Positions 24,050 to 35,520 of a DNA stretch of 37,318 nucleotides are shown one piece after another. The DNA lies in assembly GCF_001194135.2 (NCBI RefSeq), contig NC_068983.1, positions 65,873,633 to 65,910,950 of the forward strand, read 5' to 3'. Made by a program: the position numbers and the translations under genes. The notes below the pieces were generated by a model, which worked only from the letters and a program-made list of their open reading frames with translations, did not search any database and was not told the origin of the DNA. Numbering within the stretch: the stretch's first letter is position 1; each line of letters opens with the position of its first letter. This DNA is from Octopus bimaculoides (taxonomy: Eukaryota).

Positions 24050-24674
24050 TTAATGTGATTTTGTATATGCTGGCCTCAAAAATAACTTCACAAACCCTGT
24101 GTGGCTTGTAAATAGGACCATCGTTACTCCAACAATTGAAGCAGCACAATTTGTGAATGATTTTCCAAGATCCCTGGTGAGCTAAAAATGTACAAAAGCT
24201 CAGATACAGTTGATAATGAAATTCTGTACCCAACCGAGTTCATCAACAAACTTACATTATAGAGTTTCCACCACACATTCTCAAACTGAAGAAAAAACGA
24301 TACAAAATGCTTCTGAGAAATTTAGATGTTACTAATGGACATGGCAATGACACACTAAATCATTGTCAGTTTACATAATCATGTTATTGAGGCTGAAGGT
24401 TCTTCTGGTCCTTATGCAGGATGAACTCTGCTAATCCCAAGAATACCACATGTATCTCAAGAAATGGAATTTACATTTACATTTACACGCAAACAGTTTC
24501 CTCTCAAGTCAGCTTTTGCCTTGACATGCAACAAGGCACAGGGACAGACTTTTGAACAAATTGGAATATATCTTTCGACTCAATTCGAAAGAAGGCTGAC
24601 GTAAAAATATTGGCTGAGTGAAATAGAAACAGTATAATAATTGACAATGGTGTCTACAAGGAGATACTACTTTA
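24050..24674 (+). pseudogene. Helitron RepHel helicase C-terminal half (decayed)
   Basis: WLVNRTIVTPT, IPGELKMYKSSDTV, YPTEFINKL, PPHILKLK, MLLRNLDVTNG, IEAE..SGPYAG*TLLIPRIP, FTRKQFPLKSAFALTCNKAQGQTFEQIGIYL and GVYKEILL*. This is the full colinear set of Helitron helicase motifs, with frameshifts. Confidence 0.92.
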
Positions 24675-24939
24675 AAGCAAAATATGCATTTGAGCAAGTT
24701 TCAGTAAATAGAATTAACACATAAATTATATGTAAAATAGCATATATTTGTGTTGAATTAAATTGTTTTGGCATATTTCAACACGCCGAATGAATGACAT
24801 CGTTATATTAGATCATTTTAAAAGTGGGTATATTTGAAAAAGTAAGGAAACGTAATTCCCATCTGTTCTCACAGCACCAGACTCTTGTGTGAGTGAGTGT
24901 GTGTATCCCTCCATCCCGCCATCCATCCTTCCGTTCTAA

Positions 24940-24975
<36 letters not shown>

Positions 24976-25143
24976 GCACGGATATGTAAGTTCTACCAAT
25001 TATTAATGATAAAAAATATATAACAGATTGACTAGCAATATATACTAAGCAAGAGAGCATTGTTATACAAAGAAATAATTAGACGTAAAATATCATAAAA
25101 ATTAATAGTATTGGGAATCAAATGTGGAAATAATATCGAGTGG

Positions 25144-25180
25144 CTAGCAGACAAAGCCTGGAGGGCGGTCTTTCTGCTAG
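25144..25180 (+). other. Candidate Helitron 3' terminus (hairpin ending CTAG, followed by T)
   Basis: CTAGCAGA...TCTGCTAG inverted repeat with an inner GCC-TGGAG-GGC, about 500 bp downstream of the helicase remnant. Confidence 0.5.
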
Positions 25181-25247
25181 TATATATAACATATATATAG
25201 TTACATATGGTGCATGTATATATATATATATATATATATGTATAAAT

Positions 25248-27341
25248 TCTTTTATTCTTTATTTGTTTCAGTCATTTTATTGCGACCATGTTGGAGCACC
25301 GGCTTTCGATGAACATATCGAATTATGCCTTGTAAGCCTAGTACTTGTTCTATCGGTCTCTTTAGCTGAACCACTACGTTACGGGGACGTAAACACACCA
25401 AGATGGGTTGTCAAGCAGTGGTGGGGGGTCCAAACACAGACGCACAAACACACGCACATACATACACATGCATAAATGAATATATATACATATATATATA
25501 TATANNNNNNNNNNNNNNNNNNNNNNNNNNNNNNNNNNNNNNNNNNNNNNNNNNNNNNNNNNNNNNNNNNNNNNNNNNNNNNNNNNNNNNNNNNNNNNNN
25601 NNNNNNNNNNNNNNNNNNNNNNNNNNNNNNNNNNNNNNNNNNNNNNNNNNNNNNNNNNNNNNNNNNNNNNNNNNNNNNNNNNNNNNNNNNNNNNNNNNNN
25701 NNNNNNNNNNNNNNNNNNNNNNNNNNNNNNNNNNNNNNNNNNNNNNNNNNNNNNNNNNNNNNNNNNNNNNNNNNNNNNNNNNNNNNNNNNNNNNNNNNNN
25801 NNNNNNNNNNTTTCAGCCTTGAAGATGAAGATCGAACAGGACGTCCAGTTGAGTTTGATGATAAGCTCCTTGAGGCATTACTTGAAGAAAATTCTGCATC
25901 ATCAGTTGAAGAATTGGCAATAAAGCTTAGTTCAAAACATACAACTGTTCATCGTCTTCTTCAACAACTTGGAAAGGTTTCTAAACTTGGAAAATGGGTG
26001 TCTCATGAATTGTCCGAAAGCAACCGCAAATCCTGAGTTGACATCTGCTCTTCACTCCATTCTCGCGAACTCNNNNNNNNNNGAGTTGACATCTGCTCTT
26101 CACTCCATTCTCGCGAACTCATTTCACCCTTTTTGGATAGACTTGTGACTGGTGACGATAAATGGATCTTCTATCGAAATGTGAACCGTTGTAAACATTG
26201 GCTTGGTAAAAGGGAAACAACTGAACCACAACCGAGAAGGGAATTTCACGAGAAAAGGTTCTTCTCTCTATCTGGTGGGATTGCAAATTCACTTTGAATT
26301 GTTACCACCTAATGCAACAATCAATGTTCAAGTCTACCGTCGGCAATTAGAGCGTTTGAACCAAGCTTTGAAGAGAAAAAGACCCACTTTAGTGAATCGA
26401 AAAGGAGTGATGTTTCATCAGAACTATGTGCGACTCCACACTGCAAAGATTACATCACAGAAGATCGAAGAGGTTAGTTGGGAAAAAATTCCTCATCCAC
26501 CTTATTTTGCCGACCTTACTCCTTCAGACTACCATTTGTTTCGTAGTTTACAGAATCATTTGGGAGACATAGTTTTCGCAAGTCAGGAGGATGTCGAAAC
26601 TGACATTTCAGAGTTATTCGCTTTGAAACCAAGAGAGTAGTTTTACATTGATGGGATTAAAAAGCTTGTAAATGGATGGAAGGAAGTCATAGATAATCAG
26701 GGGAAGTACATTGATGATTAAGTTTCAATTAAATATAACATTTCATGATCACTTGTTTTCTTAATTCAAAATTCAGACAGAACTTATGGGATGACCTGAT
26801 ACATATGTATATACATATATATATACATATATATATATATANNNNNNNNNNNNNNNNNNNNNNNNNNNNNNNNNNNNNNNNNNNNNNNNNNNNNNNNNNN
26901 NNNNNNNNNNNNNNNNNNNNNNNNNNNNNNNNNNNNNNNNNNNNNNNNNNNNNNNNNNNNNNNNNNNNNNNNNNNNNNNNNNNNNNNNNNNNNNNNNNNN
27001 NNNNNNNNNNNNNNNNNNNNNNNNNNNNNNNNNNNNNNNNNNNNNNNNNNNNNNNNNNNNNNNNNNNNNNNNNNNNNNNNNNNNNNNNNNNNNNNNNNNN
27101 NNNNNNNNNNNNNNNNNNNNNNNNNNNNNNNNNNNNNNNNNNNATATATATATATATATATATATATATACGACATTACGACATGCTCTTTCAGTTTCCG
27201 TCTACCAAATCCACTCACAAGGCTTTAGTCGGCCCGAGGCTATAGTAGAAGACACTTGCCCAAAGTGCCATGCAGCGGGACAGAACCTAGAAGCATGCGG
27301 TTGGTAAGCAAGCTACTTCCTACACGACCACTCCTGCACCT
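25248..27341 (-). mobile_element. tRNA-derived SINE split by a mariner insertion (3' part 25248-25504, head 27144-27341)
   Basis: The minus-strand head has A-box-like GGAGTGGTCGTGTAGG and B-box-like GGTTCTGTCCC. The two halves are colinear with the copy at 20935-21330. Confidence 0.85.
25811..26799 (+). mobile_element. Mariner (DD34D) transposon, 5' part lost in an N gap; transposase pseudogene
   Basis: EDEDRTGRP, KWVSHEL, VTGDDKW, FHQNYVRLH (catalytic HDN decayed) and HPPYFADLTPSDYHLF; ends KYIDD* at about 26721. Right TIR ...CAGAACTTATGGGATGACCTGA followed by TA at 26800-26801. In-frame stops at 26034-26036 and 26638-26640. Confidence 0.95.
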
Positions 27342-27574
27342 ATATATATGTGTGTGTCTAATAGATTTATGACCTAACGTGAATGTATACCTTTAAAGAA
27401 TTGACCTACGTTATTCAATAAACAGTTCACGTATATTCCATGCGAATTTGCGTTAGAATAAGTACAATACAGTTTACTTAAGTGTATTACTTCACTATAC
27501 TCTCTTTATCACAGATAGAGATGTTGTAACTTTAATTCAAGAAAAAACATCTAGTAACTGATATCAAAGCTTTT

Positions 27575-28095
27575 CTTTTATCATCGCCATAATATCATCA
27601 AATCATCATCATTGTTGCTATCGTCATGTAATTGCCGCTATCATAATCAACCACTTCGTTCATCGAAATTCTTTGTTCTTGAATCTTGTTCTTATCCTCA
27701 CCATCATCATCAGAAGTATCTGCATCCAGAAGCATTAGTATCTTCAGCCTAATCAATATCATTATCAGCATTATACCGATTTCCATCATCATCATCATCA
27801 TCGTAATTTTATCAATTTTGCGATTGTCATTCTCATCAACAGCAGCATCTTCAAGATCACCGACATGACGATCAGTACCACACAGATATTCATAATTATC
27901 CTGATTAATCTCATCATTTTTATCATCATTATAATCATCATCATCATCAGCAACAGCAGTAGCAGCAGCATCCTCATTATCATATTCATCATCTTTGTCT
28001 TCGTCACTACCATCATCATCACTATCATCGTCATCATCATCGTCATCATCATCATCATCATCGTCGACGTCGTCGTCGTCTTCAGTATCAGCATT
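27575..28095. repeat. Degenerate (ATC)n/(GAT)n low-complexity tract
   Basis: Imperfect trinucleotide periodicity. It explains the poly-I and poly-M ORFs. Confidence 0.9.
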
Positions 28096-28343
28096 TCACA
28101 TGTCTCAAGGAGGATGGTGAAATCTTGTTCTGAATGTGAAGTGAATGCGAAAAAAATTCTTCAAATAATGTAACAATTCTAAAGATTGCCTTCATTGAGT
28201 TGGATCCCTATTATATTTTTATCAATCACACACATACACTAACACTCACAGATTCGCTCACTCGCTCTCTCACTTGCACGCATATATAACCACGTATATA
28301 AGTGTAAATATATATATACAAATGCGTTTATTAATATATATAT

Positions 28344-28377
<34 letters not shown>

Positions 28378-28387
28378 NNNNNNNNNN

Positions 28388-28439
<52 letters not shown>

Positions 28440-28979
28440 TACACTTTATATAACACACAAACACACACATGTGTGTGTATGTGTGTATTCGCTGGGAAGT
28501 GTATCTATTTACACCCAAATGAATGTGTAAAAGATCAGATATCAGAAACGCACAGGAACACACACAAGTATATTGACATTATATTAAATATACGTTTGTG
28601 GATGTGTATGGATGTGTGTGTATGCCTGTATGTACATATGTGCGTGAATACACAGATATGCGTGCACACACATACACACAGGCACATTCTCACACATACA
28701 TACATGCATATTATATATATATGCATGTATGTATGTATGTATGTATGTATGTATGTATGTATGAATGTATGTAGGTAAGTCTGTATATATGTGTAAATGG
28801 TTGCTTTTCGCAGCTTTCTTTTTTCTGTTGTAATATATTTTTTCCTCGACACGACTTTTGAAGTGTCGTTCAACTAATCAATAATAATAATAATAATATT
28901 AGTAATAATAAAATTAGTTATATTATTATATCAAAAACACGAGATTTATCACTGTACTGAAAATAAAAATTACAAACCT

Positions 28980-28980
<1 letters not shown>

Positions 28981-29052
<72 letters not shown>
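28981..29052. repeat. (AGT)n microsatellite
   Basis: Pure run. Confidence 0.97.
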
Positions 29053-29054
<2 letters not shown>

Positions 29055-29149
29055 GGACGTAGAAATATACTGAGTTAGCGATGTAAAAGTTACCACTAAC
29101 ATGAAAGCAAGCGGATATTAATTGGGCAGAAGTGTGACAATATGGAGAG

Positions 29150-29440
29150 GAAAATGATGAGAAACAATATGATTAGAGAATGCTGGAAATAGTAATTTCA
29201 TTGAGGTCGTTGATGATGACCATGATACTGATTAAGAAAATAGTCATGATAATGACAGTGATTATGACGATACTAATGGTGAGGATCATGAATATCAATT
29301 TTATCATCAATATAGTCATCGTGGTATGATTATGATGACGATAATGAATATCATATCCACGATGGTAGTGATGACGATGGTAATGGGGATTTATATCATG
29401 ATTAGAATGATTATATTTATGATAACAACAATGTTTATGA
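29150..29440. repeat. Degenerate (GAT)n tract
   Basis: Imperfect GAT/GAC/AAT periodicity. Confidence 0.75.
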
Positions 29441-30086
29441 CAAAAGGGGTGGAAGTTGAAGAATAGAGAGAGATGCTTTTATTTTTTACCACAGAAATAT
29501 TTCCTGCAACAACAACGCGTTGAGATTAATCTTTGAAACGTAACCGGAATATCCTAACGATTTAACTTTTGTGCAATTTTCTTATTTACGTCTAACGTTA
29601 AAGCTTTTAGCCCCTTAGGTTACTTTGTAATCTTGAACTGATCACATGTGTGTGAGTGTGTGTGCGCGCGGCTGCATACATATATATGTGTGTAAATATC
29701 TATATCTATATATTTATCTATCTTTTTATCTATCTAGCTCTTTATCTATCGATTTATCCAGCTATCTATATATGCATANNNNNNNNNNNNNNNNNNNNNN
29801 NNNNNNNNNNNNNNNNNNNNNNNNNNNNNNNNNNNNNNNNNNNNNNNNNNNNNNNNNNNNNNNNNNNNNNNNNNNNNNNNNNNNNNNNNNNNNNNNNNNN
29901 NNNNNNNNNNNNNNNNNNNNNNNNNNNNNNNNNNNNNNNNNNNNNNNNNNNNNNNNNNNNNNNNNNNNNNNNNNNNNNNNNNNNNNNNNNNNNNNNNNNN
30001 NNNNNNNNNNNNNNNNNNNNNNNNNNNNNNNNNNNNNNNNNNNNNNNNNNNNNNNNNNNNNNNNNNNNNNNNNNNTATATATACAG

Positions 30087-30136
<50 letters not shown>

Positions 30137-30339
30137 CATATATAGATATAAATATGTACATATATATATGTATATATATATATATATATAGATATATGCA
30201 TATGTACACATATATACATTATATATATATGTGTGTGGGTGTGTGTGTACATATATACATATATACATAAATATATATATATATATATATACCAGAACAA
30301 ACGAAAAGATACAACAAACCAAAATCACAAACATATTAG

Positions 30340-30966
30340 ACACCCAGACATCCACACAAACCCTACCAAATACAAACCAAAACCCCCCTCCTTACACTAC
30401 CAAACCCTCCAATAAACAAACACACAAAATATGCAAAACAAACAGGACACACACAACCAACAACCTATAACACTTGGAGAGTACAAACAGAATATGAACA
30501 ACCACCAACACATAACGCTGGACATCCTAAATGGATACACACATGGAACAATAGAGAAGTAGATAAAAATCAACACATAACCTACAATAAAAATCGAGGA
30601 AATCCAAACCATACAAATATCAACCACATGCGACACCACAAATTTGCAAGATGGATAGAAAACAACTACCACTGTCAAAACAATGCAAGCACACAATATG
30701 AACCATTCAAATACCCACAAGGAAACCTGAACCCCAGGAATGAAAATTGGCCCAACAAACGCAGAAGATGGGAAGAAAACAACTACCACAGACAAAACAA
30801 CACATACAGACCATATAGACCATCCCTGCCTCTACAAGAAAACCTAAAACCTAAAAATGGAATTTGGAGACGCAACAACACAACCCCTTTTTTAGGGAAA
30901 GGATACTTCAACAATATTCCAGACCCAACACATCAAAAATTTCGAATGAACACACGAAACACATAG
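30340..30966 (+). CDS. Upstream N/Q/T/P-rich open frame of the Penelope element (ORF1-like); stop-free from 30340, first ATG at 30628
   Basis: Frame +1 is open for 208 codons by manual translation. It contains a 39-aa tandem repeat and overlaps the RT frame by -1. Confidence 0.55.
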   Translation, partial: TPRHPHKPYQIQTKTPLLTLPNPPINKHTKYAKQTGHTQPTTYNTWRVQTEYEQPPTHNAGHPKWIHTWNNREVDKNQHITYNKNRGNPNHTNINHMRHHKFARWIENNYHCQNNASTQYEPFKYPQGNLNPRNENWPNKRRRWEENNYHRQNNTYRPYRPSLPLQENLKPKNGIWRRNNTTPFLGKGYFNNIPDPTHQKFRMNTRNT

Positions 30967-33245
30967 ACCCCAAAATAATACACCTATCTAAAAGAGAACT
31001 TAACGAAAATGAAATGAACCTACTACGAAAAGGCCTAAAATTTACACCCACACCCACTCCAAATCTCATAGAACTTAAAACTGATATAGACAACTTTAGC
31101 CTCCGCCTCCGCCTTATGGAGGCGGAAAATAAGGAAACAGAAGATAACTCAATCATAAGNNNNNNNNNNNNNNNNNNNNNNNNNNNNNNNNNNNNNNNNN
31201 NNNNNNNNNNGAAAAAAATCCCATTTCACCCCCCACAAGGGATGTGACAAACACCTAGACGCATACATAGAGACAATCTCCAAATTCCCTCTCAACACAC
31301 ATACATGCAAACAGAACTTCTGCAGAGGAGAAAAATAAGCCTCACAAATACTAAAAAAAATGACAAATCGATCATTTTAAAAGAAGCTGACATAGGTGGA
31401 GCAATAGTAATTATGGATACAGATTACTACAAAGAAAAGATACTGGAGATACTTAACAACTAGACATACTGCAAAGAGGAAGCAGTACAATCGGAGAAAG
31501 CAGCATTAAAAAAATTTGGAACACTAATCAATGAATACCAGGACTCCTTTACAGACAAGGAGAAAGACTGTTTATGCAACTCAAGAACAAAAAGGAGCAA
31601 TATTTATGGATTACCTAAAATTCATAAAAGCTCTGAAATACAGAGATCCATAAATGAACAGAGGAACCATTATATAAGAATACAAAGACCCGCAGACCTC
31701 ACAATGAGACCAATAGTTGTAGGGCTCCAAGCACCAACACAGCAACTAAGCCACTTCATAGATGTACTCCTCAAATCTTTATGCCCAATGATACCAAGTT
31801 ACATAAGGGATGACATAGACTTCCTCATACACGTTCCAAATACGGTTCCGGAAAACACCATACTTGCAAGCTTCGATGCCACATACTTATACACGAACAT
31901 ACCACACACCCTGGATCTAGAAGCGATAAAGCCATGGGTAGAAAAATACAGGGAACTCATAGATAAACGTTTCAAAACAGACTTTATCACCAAAGCCACC
32001 CAATTGATACTTGAAGAGAACACATTCTCATTTAACAAGTCATACAGGCAGATAAGGGGCACGGCTATGGGTACGAACTTCGCACCCTCATATCCCAACC
32101 TAGTGATGGGTTTCCTTGAGAACAAACTATACGATGAAATAGGGAACGTCTTCGAACACAACTTCAGAGAAGACATCAAGAAAAAGTGGAAACGCTACCT
32201 CGATGACTGTTTCATCTTTTGGAACAGATCAGATGATCTACGAACATTCCACAACATCCTCAACACATTGCACCCATCTATTCACTTCACGATAGATACC
32301 AACTACAACGAACTTCTCTTCCTAGACATCAGCATCAAGATACACAACTCCATCGTCACGACAAATTTCTACTACAAAAAAAACGAACACACCAATATTT
32401 AAATTTCTACTCCTGCCACCCATCCCACATAAAAAGAAACATTTCATACAGTATGGCAAGACGCACATGCAGCATAGTGACCGACTCACAAACACGCCAA
32501 ATAAGACCAGATGAACTTAAAATCTTCCTACTGGAACAAAAATACCCACTCACATTAATAAAAAACGGAATCTCAAGAGCAATGGAACTGCAGATCACAC
32601 AACTCAGAACTCCAAAAAAGAAAAACAAAGAACATCATCCATTTCATGAACACATACAACCCTGGACTCACCAACATGTTTCACATCATACATTACAACT
32701 TACCAATGGTCCTACAAAGCCCCCAAAATGGGAAACCTACTAAAAAATATTGCATAAAAAACAGTAAACGCCAAGAGAAAAACCTAAAGAAACATCTAAC
32801 AAGAGCAAAATTGTCATCAGAGAATAAAACCGAATTCTTCGTAAAAGAGTGTGGAGATGGTAGATGTGGAACTTGCAGTAACCCCATCTACAAATATACA
32901 GAGGGGAACAAACAAATAAAATTTAAGAGTGGCCACACATTCAAAGTAAATGCAGACATGAATTGCAAGACGCAGAACGTAATATACTGCATAACCTGCC
33001 CCACATGCAAGGAGAATTATGTTGGTGAAACTGGAAATTCTTTATGCCAGCGAGCCAGAATTCACCGACAACATGTCCGACAGGAGGAACTACGAAAGAT
33101 TCCACTGAGTGAACACTTAGAAGCATGTGGAGAAGGAAAATTTATGATCTTTCCTTTCTATAAATGCCCAAGAAATAACACCTCCTCCAGGAAAAATATG
33201 GAAAAACACTTCACAACAAAATTCTCACCCAAACTGAATGGCTGA
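30864..33245 (+). pseudogene. Penelope RT/GIY-YIG polyprotein, disrupted
   Basis: ORF pieces 30864-31247, 31704-32402, 32453-32743 and 32646-33245 carry consecutive RT, thumb, linker and endonuclease motifs. Confidence 0.93.
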
Positions 33246-33461
33246 AAAGATGAAAATCACAACCCATCTGGAACTATTAACTTAGTCTGTAAAATAATGT
33301 CCTCACAATGTACAGGAAATTGTATGCACATCTGTTTCATTGAGCTCCTCCACAAGACACTTTCCCTTGTACATTATTGCCCATCCTAATATCTTCACTT
33401 TTGTACAGAATTGTTCCTTATCTTCATTCCTCTTAAAAATATATATATATACGTGTGTGTA

Positions 33462-33538
<77 letters not shown>

Positions 33539-33548
33539 NNNNNNNNNN

Positions 33549-33618
<70 letters not shown>

Positions 33619-34154
33619 GCTGTGACTGGTGAAATATCACTATTTCTGTGATCATGTGTACTGGATGAAGGACCAAATTTGTAAAGTAAGCTGTAATTTT
33701 TTTAATATTTCACCACAATTTTCATCCTTTCACATACTTCACTATCTTTGCATTTTCACACCTTTACATGTACTTTCTCTATTTTTGTAATTATATTTAT
33801 TTGTATTTTCATTCCATAACGGATTTGATCCTAAAAGTGAATCCAAAACTATTTTAGAACTTGTTATTTCAGTATCTAAAACAATGGCACCATTTGCCAA
33901 TTTATATTGGTAAATGACTACAGAAATGCTATTTTATATTTATTTTTGATTGATGCCTATGACAAAATGAACTTACCAATATTTAGATACCTCACTCATT
34001 GGTTCATAACAATATTTCATTATTCTTAATCTTTATTCAACTTTGGAACAACAGAGCCTAAAAAGAGCAAGAAACCCAGATAGTGGAACATTTTTGTGCC
34101 AACTAGAATTGAACCTGTTTAACTTGGTTTTCATATTTGTCTCCTTCCTTTTTT

Positions 34155-34535
34155 GAACTAACCAGCTGTATAGATGTAAACACAATTCCTTCTTCTTACT
34201 TTCTTTCTTCTATCTTTCCTTCTCTTTTCGATTTACACTCCTTTCAGATACGTTGCACACACACACACACACACGCATACCCACACACACACACAAACAA
34301 ACACACCCACACTCTCTCTCACTGGACAATGATGGCAACTTTTTGAAAAAAGAAGTTTCTTCCAAACAATGCCCCACCTTAAATAGCCACCTGGTTTTGC
34401 CATTTTTAAGGACCAAGAATCAACTTGTCATTGAAAGAACTGACCAGCTGTAAACACAATTTTCTTCTTTCTTCTTTCATCTTTCCTTCTCTTTCCCCGT
34501 TGACACTCCTTTCCGATACACAGGCACACATATAA

Positions 34536-34577
<42 letters not shown>

Positions 34578-34580
34578 TCT
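34155..34580 (+). repeat. Diverged tandem duplication, period about 282 bp
   Basis: GAACT(A/G)ACCAGCTGTA..AACACAATT..TCTTTCCTTCTCTT..ACACTCCTTTC(A/C)GATAC..(CA)n occurs at 34155 and 34437. Confidence 0.8.
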
Positions 34581-34649
34581 CACTTTTCCCCCCATTCCTC
34601 ACCCTCTTTTACTATACTATATATCTCTCTCCACCACTACACATTCAAT

Positions 34650-34979
34650 AATACTATAAAAAGAGATTGTGGATTTACTGTATTTCTCATATTTAAAAGA
34701 ATTGATATGTGCAGCGTGTCGTTGTTTAAAATTGATAGTTCATCCTATATATATATTGTTGTAGAATTGTGTAGCGTCTTGAGGACGGTGCATTTGTAAA
34801 TTACATTAGACCTTCTGCAACGGATTTGTAGAGGGGAAAATGGTTCCAGGGCGGCAATTACATAGTAGTGCATTGTGGGTATTATTCTCAGGAATGGGGG
34901 AAGTAATATTGCCTAGTGAGAGGTTAGAGATGAGGTAGATTGGTCTACGTTATCAACTTTAATATTACTATTCTTCTTC

Positions 34980-35037
<58 letters not shown>

Positions 35038-35341
35038 TACTAGTCTAAAGTATAGGGTTCGATGTTAGAGCTATGTATGTGTTGTGCTCTCGTGTATTCA
35101 GAGTTGTTTCAGTGTATATTTTGTCCATAGAAAGAAAGTTTTCGTCTATTAAAGATTGTTAATATAAACTCAAAGTTGGGTGGGGAAGAATAGGATAGCT
35201 TTAAAGTAGATCAAATAAGGATAGCGTAATATTTATATTGACGAAGGAAGTTGGTGTCTAATATATTAAAAAGGGATTTGGCTAAGTTCTTAACGTTTGA
35301 TGAGAAGGGAGGTGTATACCATAGAATAGAGCGTCCACTGC
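34650..35341 (-). mobile_element. Second-family Penelope-like element 3' fragment (linker + GIY-YIG), Naiad-like
   Basis: Minus strand: RSILWYTPPFSSNVK..LDTNF..TLKLSYSSPPN, then CNCRPGTI.PL..RCRRSNVIYKCTV, then IYIG*T.NFKQRHAAHINSFKYEKYSKST. Interrupted by (ATT)n at about 34975-35040. Confidence 0.8.
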
Positions 35342-35520
35342 TTTTTTTCATTTTCTCTTCCTCTTTCTTTCTTTCTTTCTTTCTTTATTTATTTATTTTT
35401 ATTCTCTCAATCCTTTTTATCAATACCATTTTCCTCCTAACATACTTATCTATTCTCTTTTTTCTATTTCCTTCTCCCTATCAGTATATTCTTGAAATTT
35501 CATTTTCACTACAAGACCCC

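Larger units (their letters stand above)
30295..33900 (+). mobile_element. Near full-length Penelope-like element (RT + GIY-YIG; Cys-rich linker suggests Neptune group)
   Basis: Motifs in order: IIHLS..L..NEMNLLRKGLKFTPT, KEADIGGAIVIMD, IYGLPKIHK, MRPIV, SFDATYLYTNIP, GTAMGT, KRYLDDCF, FLDI, CHPSHIKRNI, CGDGRCGTC, VIYCITCPTCKENYVGETG and FSPKLNG* (33245). Strong A/C strand bias. Several stops and frameshifts. Outer limits are approximate. Confidence 0.95.

Noticed and set aside
26035-26120. 38-bp direct repeat inside the mariner transposase
   Set aside because: The copies flank a 10-N gap, typical of an unmerged contig overlap.
27575-28095. Asp-rich minus-strand reading (ADTEDDDD...) suggesting an acidic biomineralisation protein exon
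   Set aside because: There is a stop immediately upstream, a frameshift and stop within, and no clear splice sites. A degenerate GAT microsatellite explains it.
33811-33860. Possible hammerhead in the 3' region of the large Penelope (GGATTT...GAATCC stem)
   Set aside because: The stem II-like hairpin is present, but both core segments are too degenerate (CCATAAC, AAAA) to support a call.
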